From positions 1-26,421 of the forward strand of contig CAVRCJ010000009.1 in NCBI GenBank assembly GCA_963719515.1: a stretch of DNA of 26,421 nt, read 5' to 3'. The first letter of the stretch is position 1; the number at the start of each line of letters is the position of its first letter. Source of the DNA: an uncultured cyanobacterium. GTDB taxonomy: Bacteria > Cyanobacteriota > Cyanobacteriia > CAKZMO01. Under the pieces are notes generated by a model that worked only from the letters and a program-made list of their open reading frames with translations, was not told where the DNA came from and searched no databases. Shown here one piece after another: positions 1 through 8,200 of the stretch. Made by a program: the position numbers and the translations under genes.

Positions 1-947
1 TTAAACGTTAATCGATACACGTCGTCTTCAATCGCCTCAAAATCTGTAATCAGCGTTGATACGGGTTCCCCATAGCTTCCGCCGAATGGACTGGGCGCGC
101 GCTGTGCCAGCGCATCAAAAGGGCGGGGCTCGATTTGCAGTTCAGGGGCAAAAAAGCCGTGGTGGCAACCCACCACATAAGGCGGCGTTTTAGTGGTGAA
201 ATGTGCAAATCCACCGCCTGGTAACTGGACCGCGTTGCACGCATCGAGCGCTACATCTGGCAGGTAACTCAGCTCGCTGTATCGGCCCCGTCCATAATAC
301 TCATCCCCACCTTCACCAAAGTAAATGGGGGTGCCGTCAAGTCCGAAGGCAATGGGCAATTCAGGGTCATGCTCATCCATTAAACACACCGGCGCGTAGT
401 GATAGTGATAGTCTTCTCCTTGGCCGGAATGGCCCCCACATTGGTCCAGCTCACCCTGAACAACAGTATCGTTACGCAACTCATAGTTATCTAGCGACGT
501 GGAGACATCGGGTCGTCGCTCGTAGTGAAAGATGGGCACGCCATCTACCGCAACCGCGACGGGGCCACGGGCGCTGGCCTCAACAGGTTCATCTAGCCAA
601 GATGGGGAGCGGGGGATACGCCATTGGTAGTCGTAGGGAACCGGAACCCTTTGAATCCAGGAACGAATGCCCACCATGGGAATATCCTCGCTGCTTCCAG
701 CAGTCAAGTCGGGTAAACCAGTAGCGGCTACCTCCAGAAAGTCGGCGGTGCAGTTAACGGCGTCAGGAGTGAGATGTAGCTCAAACGCCGCTTCGTTGGT
801 GCAATCTTCGGTGCGCAAACTTTGCTCCTGAAGAGCAGCATCTGGCGTGGGAGCAGACGTTTGCTGCGCTGGCACGTCGCCTTGACAAGCGGAGGTAAGC
901 GTTACAAAACTCACTATCAAAGCTGCTGTAGGCTTTAGGCAATTCAT
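1..947 (-). CDS. YHYH-domain lipoprotein, 3' end runs off the window (absent from ORF track)
   Basis: Manual translation from ATG 947 is open to base 1: MNCLKPTAALIVSFVTLTSAC (lipobox-like), then GPVAVAVDGVPIF, ELDQCGGHSGQGEDYHYHYAP, IAFGLDGTPIY, LDACN, PPYVVGC. These are typical YHYH-family motifs. Confidence 0.85.
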   Translation of the reverse strand, partial: MNCLKPTAALIVSFVTLTSACQGDVPAQQTSAPTPDAALQEQSLRTEDCTNEAAFELHLTPDAVNCTADFLEVAATGLPDLTAGSSEDIPMVGIRSWIQRVPVPYDYQWRIPRSPSWLDEPVEASARGPVAVAVDGVPIFHYERRPDVSTSLDNYELRNDTVVQGELDQCGGHSGQGEDYHYHYAPVCLMDEHDPELPIAFGLDGTPIYFGEGGDEYYGRGRYSELSYLPDVALDACNAVQLPGGGFAHFTTKTPPYVVGCHHGFFAPELQIEPRPFDALAQRAPSPFGGSYGEPVSTLITDFEAIEDDVYRLTF

Positions 948-1043
948 ACGATGTCCTAGCGGTTAGTGGCTGTGCAATTTCTAGGGCTTGTTGACGCATT
1001 GTTGAAGCGGCTATTGCGCTTGAATAGCTGGTTAGGACAAGTG

Positions 1044-1082
1044 GTTTCCTAGACCCCTTGCTCCGCGCGGGGTCTAGGAAAC
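1044..1082. repeat. Perfect 14-bp inverted repeat (REP-like hairpin)
   Basis: GTTTCCTAGACCCC (1044-1057) / GGGGTCTAGGAAAC (1069-1082), 11-nt loop, between divergent genes. Confidence 0.7.
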
Positions 1083-1329
1083 TGCACCGCACACACCTGC
1101 TCAGCGAATGCAATACCTTTTGTTGATGAATGGCTAGCCATAGTTAAGTAGGCCGGGGGCTTGGGCGATCGCGGCGCGGAATCGGCAGACCGGGCGTCGT
1201 CCAATCCAAGACCGTTAAAAGATGTAAATAATGAATAATCTTTGTTTTTGTTTGTGAATACATGTTCTGGTCTGTTGTCATAATCTAGACCTATGGACGT
1301 TGTTCGACTCAAGGGGCTCTTAAAATCTT

Positions 1330-1591
1330 GTGGCCAATCGTCAAGTGGACTCAGACCCTGATCTTATCGCAGTAGAGCTGCCGGAGAGTGATACTCGTGG
1401 CCTCCTTGCGGGGCTGAAGCTTCAGTATCAGAGGGCCAAACTCTTCTCTGAAGTGACCACCAAGATTCGGCGGTCCCTGAATCTCTGCGAAATTCTCAAT
1501 ACAACCGTTGCCGAAATTCAGCGCATTCTCAATGCTGAGCGAGTGCTGATTTACCAAGTTTTTTCTGATGGGACGGGGAAAGCAATTAGTG
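1330..1591 (+). pseudogene. 5' fragment of a GAF-domain sensor (phytochrome/cyanobacteriochrome-like), cut by IS1
   Basis: LFSEVTTKIRRSLNLCEILNTTVAEIQRILNAERVLIYQVFSDGTGKAIS is a typical cyanobacterial GAF start. Similarity stops at the IS left end (1592); the ORF tail GHWLRRG is IS-derived. Confidence 0.85.
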
Positions 1592-2659
1592 GGCACTGGT
1601 TGCGTAGAGGGTGATTTGCTAGGATGGTTGAGGTACATTGGTTCTAGCCTATGAAATGTCCTCATTGTCAGAGCGAGCAGACCGTGAAAAACGGTACAGC
1701 AGCCCTCAAGGATGGCAGTGCTCAGCAACGCTACCTCTGCCGGGGGTGTAGCAAGCGATTCAACGAGCGTACGAACACACCCATGGCCAGACTAAGAACT
1801 CCGGCAACCATCGTGTCTGCTGCCATTAATGTACGGACAGAAGGACTGGGAGTACGAGCAACAGGACGTTGTTTTGACAAATCTCACTCGACGATTATCA
1901 GCTGGGAACGACGACTGGCGGCCAAGGCGAGTCAATGGTCGCCGCCAGCGCCCGAAGGGGCAGATGTGACGCTAGAAGGAGATGAAGTATACACCCCTTG
2001 TAGGCGAGAACCTTCCCCCCCAATGAGAGTGAAGGCTGGACCATCCATTTTATTGAGCGAGAGAGTCGCTACTGCATAGATGCTCAAGCAGGATACAAGG
2101 ACGACAAACTATTTGAGCGAGGTACTGCGGCAGCTTGGGTGTGGGCAAAGACAGCTGAGTTCATCCGCTGGTTTACAGACGGGGAGCGGCGCTATGGAAA
2201 GGCTCTGTGGAAGCTCGCTAGCTTGTGGCTCAAAGCGGGAGAGGTGCACCCGGACTACGGACACCGCAAGGTATGGCGCAAAGGGCTAGAGGTGGCGATG
2301 AAGATCAAGGGGTCTCAGGGAAAGCCACGAGTCGAGTGGGGCAAAGTAGAGCATCCGTTTACCGCCATCAGTCCTGCAAGCGAGGTCCATGCCAACCATA
2401 ACGAGGCCCAAAACAGCGCTATCAGGCGAAGAACAAGTGCCTACAGACGACGGCAGATCTATACGCCAAGAAGGTTCAGGCCTTGCAGCGGGTATTAGAT
2501 GTGCAGCGGCTGATCCATAATTGGGTGCGACCACACTGGGGACTGGGAGAAAGTATGACACCAGCCATGGCGATCGGCTATTGCAATCGCCCCGTTTCAA
2601 CTCTTGAACTACTGACCACCAGAGGATTAGACAGCATCACCTTTTAGAAAACCAGTGCC
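1592..2659 (+). mobile_element. IS1-family insertion sequence (degenerate), no target-site duplication
   Basis: Imperfect 24-bp terminal IRs: GGCACTGGTTgcgTAgAgGGTGAT (1592-1615) vs reverse complement GGCACTGGTTttcTAaAaGGTGAT (2636-2659). Flanks differ (CAATTAGTG vs ATTGCGCCA). Confidence 0.85.
1651..2647 (+). pseudogene. IS1-family transposase, frameshifted
   Basis: Zn ribbon CPHC...QRYLCRGC, HTH, EGDEVYT, WFTDGERRY, ANHNEAQNSAIRRR. Three frame changes are needed (~1999, the C7 run at 2015-2021, ~2457) to read VGENLPP/NESEGWTIHFIER...LYAKKVQALQRVLDV...ITF* (TAG 2645-2647). Confidence 0.85.
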
Positions 2660-3381
2660 ATTGCGCCATCTTTGTCTCTGATAATAATATCTCCCCGTAC
2701 ATCCCGCAGATAAATTAGGACTGGAATATAGTCTGGCGCTTTAGGATGCAGTAACTTGCGCTGCTCCTGATTGGCGTAGATTAGGGTTAGGTAACGCATC
2801 AGCGTTGTCTTGCCCGACCCAGGCGCTCCCAAAATTGCCAGCCGACGCAGTGTATCGTCTTGATGCATTTTCACCAGAAGATCGCCAATTTCTAGCGGCT
2901 TCGATGCCTTCGGAGGAAGCTTCTGAATTAAATCAGGTGAAATCTTAGCAAGGCTTTTTGAGGAAATTTTCAAAGGCACAAAAACCTTTCTCAGCCGCAG
3001 AACTTTATCCTTATCAAGTCCTTGAGTCTCGTAATTCCGGGAGATGTAGATAAGGCGCTGATAATATTTATCTCTGAAGTCTGATCTGAGCCGCCGCCAT
3101 AGGGAATCGACTCCATCTCTAGCGGTCATAGCAGTGCGATCGCTTGCCACAAACATCCACCTCGCCAAACCCCCACCCCGACGCGCAGACTCTTCCTCAA
3201 CCTCCTTCATAAATTCGCCGCTAAACCTCACCCATATCGATGAGCAGCTAGTAGCGATGGCAGCCAAGACCGCCTGCGTCCAATCTTGCATCAGAAGCGA
3301 ATGCGCCGTTATCCCAATGCCAGCCTCAGACGGCATCCACTTCACTAAATTAGCGATCGCAGCTTGAACCAGTTTTTCCAT
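2660..3381 (-). pseudogene. 5' fragment of a NACHT NTPase, cut by IS1
   Basis: KVFVPLKI, LAILGAPGSGKTTLMRYL (Walker A) and IPVLIYLRD are present; no Walker B. The last codons and the stop (2644-2646) come from the IS right IR. Confidence 0.85.
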
Positions 3382-3493
3382 CGGTAGCGCCCCGTCTACA
3401 TTTTCCCAGGAATATTCTCTAGTCTAGCCGCCCGCCACTAACCCTCCCACAAGAAGCAAGCGACCGGTCAATTTAGCTCAAACCCCCACCCAC

Positions 3494-3766
3494 CTCACAT
3501 AACCACTTATTCCCCCAGCGCGATCGCTCTCCCACCGCCCTCGAATACTCAACCGCCGCACAAAAAACCTCAACGGCCAGTCTCCATTCCCGGCCCACCA
3601 CACAAAAAACCTCACGCGCCGGTATCGCTCGCTCACCCGCCACACAAGAAGCCTCGCCGTCCTCCCACAAATACCCACCCGCCACGCAAAAATACTCGCC
3701 CTTCTCCCACGAATGCTCGCGCACCTCACAAAAAACCTCAAACGTGAGCCAAAACTTCTCAAGTCT
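3494..3766. repeat. Degenerate tandem array, about 13 x 21 nt, A/C-rich on + strand
   Basis: Units align without gaps at 3494, 3515, 3536 ... 3746 (e.g. CGCACAAAAAACCTCAACGGC, CACACAAAAAACCTCACGCGC, CACGCAAAAATACTCGCCCTT). The exact 14-mer CACAAAAAACCTCA occurs at 3559, 3601 and 3727, spaced by multiples of 21. Confidence 0.75.
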
Positions 3767-3930
3767 CAGGCAACCCGACACAAACTTCTCCACCACGGTT
3801 GCACCAGCGACAAAACTCCGCTACCATGCCAAGCCATAGGCGCTAAAAGCGACCTATTTCAACTCAACGCCCGAAAAACTCAGCGCGCCCTGGAAGTGCG
3901 GCAACACCGCCAGGACGCTAACCCCCAACG

Positions 3931-3958
3931 CTGACATCAGCAGCGCGGCGGCTATGAT
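3931..3958 (+). promoter_or_regulatory. Putative sigma70-type promoter for the 93-aa ORF
   Basis: CTGACA (3931-3936) - 16 nt - TATGAT (3953-3958). Confidence 0.55.
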
Positions 3959-4050
3959 GGATTTTATCCTGTGGTAGCCACCCCGTTCATGCTGCGCGGG
4001 GTGGCTTGGTTTTGAGGGCACCCACCCAACACCACAGAGATAAAATCCAT
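3957..4050 (+). promoter_or_regulatory. Structured 5' leader sequestering the translation start region
   Basis: Outer stem ATGGATTTTATCCTGTGGT (3957-3975) / ACCACAG-a-GATAAAATCCAT (4031-4050), 19 bp with a 1-nt bulge. Inner stem AGCCACCCCG (3976-3985) / CGGGGTGGCT (3997-4006). Confidence 0.7.
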
Positions 4051-4330
4051 GACTTACGATCCTTCCCCGCGCCCCGAGTCTCTAGAAGCGCAGGATACCC
4101 CTCCCGCACGGCCCGACGGCGATCGCCCCTCCGGCGGCGGTGACGATACCCTTTGGCTAATCGCCATTGGCACCCGCCGCGCCGTCGACCACTGCCGCCT
4201 AGAGCTGCACCACCGGGGTTACGCAGAAGCCAACGACTGGTCACCGCCCCTACCCGGCGCTAAGCCCGAAGCCATCCGCATTCTCGACGCCAAGCACGTC
4301 ATGCGGGTGCTCGTTAAGGGAGATGGCTAA
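4049..4330 (+). CDS. Small cyanobacterial protein of unknown function (LHxxGYAExxxWS-P type)
   Basis: Variable Pro-rich N-terminus, then LIAIGTRRAV...LHHRGYAEANDWSPPLP...VMRVLVK. This resembles a multicopy cyanobacterial hypothetical family, recognised from memory and not searched. It has its own promoter and downstream hairpins. Confidence 0.75.
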   Translation: MTYDPSPRPESLEAQDTPPARPDGDRPSGGGDDTLWLIAIGTRRAVDHCRLELHHRGYAEANDWSPPLPGAKPEAIRILDAKHVMRVLVKGDG

Positions 4331-4340
4331 AGCACAATAG

Positions 4341-4381
4341 TCTTCGTCTCGCCTGTAGCCAAAGCGCGGGCGAGGCGAAGA
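4341..4381 (+). terminator. Hairpin 3' of the small ORF (terminator-like, no clear U-tract)
   Basis: TCTTCGTCTCGCCTG / CGGGCGAGGCGAAGA, 15 bp including two G-U pairs on the + strand. Confidence 0.55.
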
Positions 4382-4553
4382 TACCCGCTCAAGTGGTTTA
4401 ACGCTTCTAGACTAAGCTCTAGGCAACCGTAATTCGCTTGAGTGGACGCCACGGTCAAAACTTCCTGCGCCCTTTCTAATACCTGGTTTAGCCTGCCCTG
4501 CTGCACCGCCTGATGAATAAAATCGAGATATGGTGAGATAGTTGCTAGCCCGA

Positions 4554-5237
4554 ATGCCCATGCACATCCAGGTTCGCTCGCTAACGCTGCAGCTGCTGGC
4601 GGAGCGGGCAGTGTATCTTCCAGAGCAGCGATCGCTGCTGGTGGCCGATTTGCACGTGGGCAAATCCGAAACGTTCCAGCGCTTTGGCATTCCCATCTCG
4701 ACGCAGGTAAGCCAAACCACCCTAGACCGGCTGGTGCAGCTCTGCGATCGCCTACGGCCCGAGCGACTGTTCATTCTCGGAGATTGGTTCCATTCAAAGC
4801 TGGGGCTAGTAGACGAGGTGCTCAAGCCTTGGGCAGACTTCTTAGGCCGTCGTGATATGGCGGTAGAGCTGGTAGTAGGCAATCACGACCGGCGGCTCTT
4901 AGAAGCCTGCGTCGCGGCCATGCCGTCGCACCTCACGGTGGTTACCGAAACCGCCTTTGCGGGGCTGTGGCTCTCTCACGCCCCAGAAGTCCTTCCCAGC
5001 GCCGACCTGCAGCTCAATATCTGCGGTCATATTCACCCCTGCGTGCGGCTGCGGTCGGCGGTAGACACCCTGCGACTGCCCTGCTTCCATTGGGACAAGC
5101 GATCGCAGACGCTCATTCTGCCGTCTTTTGGAGAGTTTACCGGAGGATACGAGATGCCTTTGACGCCGGGGACGACGGCTTATGCAGTGGCGGAGGGACA
5201 GGTGATCGAATTTGAGGGGAAGCGGTTCTTTCGTTAA
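4554..5237 (+). CDS. pdeM: Ligase-associated DNA damage response endonuclease PdeM (metallophosphoesterase)
   Basis: ADLHVGK, ILGDWFHS, VVGNHD, LSHAP, ICGHIHP, RLPCF, LPSFGEFTGG. Start is ATG 4554 or 4560. Confidence 0.88.
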   Translation: MPMHIQVRSLTLQLLAERAVYLPEQRSLLVADLHVGKSETFQRFGIPISTQVSQTTLDRLVQLCDRLRPERLFILGDWFHSKLGLVDEVLKPWADFLGRRDMAVELVVGNHDRRLLEACVAAMPSHLTVVTETAFAGLWLSHAPEVLPSADLQLNICGHIHPCVRLRSAVDTLRLPCFHWDKRSQTLILPSFGEFTGGYEMPLTPGTTAYAVAEGQVIEFEGKRFFR

Positions 5238-5251
5238 ATCCCTCCACCGCC

Positions 5252-8200
5252 TTATCCCAGCTCCTCCGCATGCTGCTCCAAAATCTCAGTGGCCCGGGCC
5301 AAAAACCCCTCTTCACGGTACTCCCGGTAAACCCGCGCCACGTTTTGCGTCGAAACTTGTCGCCCCGCTTCGTCCTGAAACTCCATGGTGATGCGCAAAT
5401 CTTCCAGGTAGTGCTCCGCCGCCATCGGCCAGTCGCCGCAGGCCTCCGCGAGGTGGCCCAGCTGAGAATAGACGCGCGCCTGACTGTAGCGATCGCCAAA
5501 CTCGGTATAAATCGCCAGGGCTTTGCCATAGCTATCTTTCGCTGGAGACCAGCGCTGCTGCTCTTGGGTCAAAAGACCCAGCTGAAAATAGGTCTGCGCC
5601 TGACCGGCGCGATCGCCCTGCTCAACGTAGCGGTCTAGGGCCTGATGGCAGTGGACTGTCGCCTGCTGCCACTGCCGCTGCTCCCGCAGCACGGCGCCCA
5701 AATTGTAGTGGGTGCGGGCCTGACTAGGGCGATCGCTCTGCTCAATGTAGAGTTCAAGCGCTTGCTCGTAGTGGCGGGTCGCCTGCTGCCACTGTCGCCG
5801 CTCTTGGGAGACAACGCCTAGATTGTGATAGGTCCGAGCCTGACCCGCCCGGTCGCCAGACTCGCCATAAATGCTCAGCGCCAGCGTGTAGTCCTCTGTG
5901 GCCTGCTGCCACTGCCGCTGCTCCTGGGCAATCGTCCCCAGACGGTCATACATTCGAGCCTGGCCGAAGCGATCGCCGTACTTGATCTTGATCGCCAGCG
6001 CTTGGTTAAAGTAGGCGATCGCCTGCTGCCACTGCCGCTGCTCTTGGGCCACAACGCCAAGCTGATAGTACGTATTCGCCTGACCCGGAAAATCCCCGGA
6101 TTCAATTTTGATCGTCAGCGCCTGGTCAAAGTACTCAATCGCCTGCTGCCACTGCCACTGCTGCTGAGCGACAACGCCGAGCTGATGATACGTACAGGCT
6201 TGGCCATAGGTGTCTTCATACTTCGCTTTGATGGTCAGCGACTGGGTAAAGTGGCCTTTCGCCTGCTCCCATCGCTTTTGCTTTTGCTCAACGATTCCCA
6301 GCTGATGGAAGCTCACGGCCAGCAGCTTGAGCTGCCTCGATTTCTCCTCGATTCCCGTCAGCGCTTCGGCGAGCGTGATGGCCTCCCAATACAGCTCTTC
6401 TGCCGATGGGTAGTTTTTAGAGAGTAAGTGGCAGGTTGCCAAGTCGCCAGCCACCATGGCGGTATCTAGCCCCAATTTCCCCACCTTCACCGTTTCGGGA
6501 TACTGCGTCAGCTTGTCGTAGACAAACTGCGACAGGGCAACCCCGCCCTTGAGGTCATGGGTAATTCTCAAGAAATCCCTCAGAGCATAGAAGATATCAA
6601 TTGAGTCTTGCTCCTCCAGGCAAATTTTCAGGGCCTGAGAGAGATTCTCGTATTCCAAACGACAGCAGGCCAGCCCAATTCGGCGCTCGTGCCCCGCCGT
6701 GGAGTTAATCAAGCTCCGGTAGTGACCGCTCGTTTTCCGGTAGTGGGTCTTAAAAGCCTGCCGCAGTCCCCACTGAGTTTGCGGGCCTAGCGTTCTTAGC
6801 TTTGCGCCTAGAAAGTAGGACAACACCGGCTGAATCGCCAGCATCTGCGGCTGATCTTCCGCTAGCCGCGACAGCAGCCCTTTACTGATTGCCTCCGCGA
6901 TCGCCGCCTCAAATTGCTCGAAGGAATAGTCTTGAAACAAGTTGTGCTGCTTGAGCTGCTGGAAATACTCCGGCAAGAAATCTTGCCTAAAGCCGCCTTT
7001 AAAGGGAGCCAGCCCCAGGAGCAGGAGCTGCGCTTTGGGAGAGGGGTGAGCGTGAAAATACGCGGCGCACTCGATAATCTTTTCCGTCAGCGAAGCGTCA
7101 GCTCGATCTGGGAGGGATTCTGGTTGGGCCTGAAGTTCCGCGAGCACCTCCCTGGGCGTCTGCTGCCGAAGCTGGGGCAGCACCACCTTCATCGCCAGCG
7201 GGCTTCCAGATAGCAGAGCGATCAGCGGCTCAAAGCCTGGATCTTGGCTGAGGGCCGCGATCGCCTTCTCGTCTCTCTGCGCCCCTAAAATAGATCGGGC
7301 CAAAGGCAACCGCGCATCTGGTACCAGTCTTCTGAGGACATGGCGAGTGATACCGCTAGCCCCATCGCCGGGTGGGCTCAGCTCCGCCTCTAGCCACGGC
7401 GCTGGGCTGCGGGAGGTTAGCAGCACTTTCGTCAGCCCTCCCGCTAGCACCTGTAGGCAATACTTCAGCGCCTGCCGCTGGTGCGAGGCCAAGACAGCCG
7501 ATATCTCCGGGGAATGCGCCGTCAACGCCGTTAGGCCGTCAAGCATTAACAGGTAGCGATTTGCCCGCAGTAATTCACCCAGTCGATCGATTTGCTTCGG
7601 CAGCGGCAGGGCCTGAAACTCTTTGAGCTCAAGCGGGTTGTAGAGCTCCTGACTGAGGTCAGACACAATCTGCTCCACCGTCTGAGGCCGCTCGTCACAG
7701 TCAAAGTAGAATAGCTTTTCGGCGAAACGGATGGTTGGCCACCACCACCGCAGATGGTGGAGCAGCGCCGTTTTGCCCACGCCTGCCTCGCCCAGCAGCA
7801 GCAGAATGTTGTGGCGGTCCAAGGCGCGCTCTACTTTGAGGATGTCCAGGTCGCGCCCCAGGAGGCTCTGGCCCAGTGCTTTAGGGTTTAGCGCTCTAGG
7901 GCTTGGCGCTTCGGGAACTGGCGCGTCAGCCTCTGGCGCTTCGGAAGACGGCTGCTTCTGCGCCTCGAAGAAAGCCGCCTCTTGGGGCGTCAGCTCCCGC
8001 AGGTTGAGGTCTACATCTTCGCTGCAGTAGACTGCGGGAAGTAGCCAATCTTCTGTATTGACAAGCTGTTGAACTGGGGAATGCCGCTGACGCTCGTAAA
8101 GCGATCGCCTCGCTTTGTATACAGCATCGTGCGGCAGCTGACCCGCCAGCAGCTGGGCGTACAGATGCTCTAGAAACGTCGTCCCCGCTTCCGCCAGGTC

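Noticed and set aside
203..724. 173-aa + strand ORF
   Set aside because: Shadow of the YHYH gene on the opposite strand.
3494..3766. CRISPR array or DGR template/variable repeat
   Set aside because: No constant repeat with unique spacers, no cas or reverse transcriptase gene, and no repeat pair differing only at adenines.
3473..3934. ORFs 3473-3796, 3478-3762 and 3713-3934 as genes
   Set aside because: Several frames are open because of the repeat's composition; no RBS or recognisable domain singles one out.
5270..8030. Several + strand ORFs with repetitive LLPLPLLL text
   Set aside because: Antisense shadows of the TPR/STAND gene.
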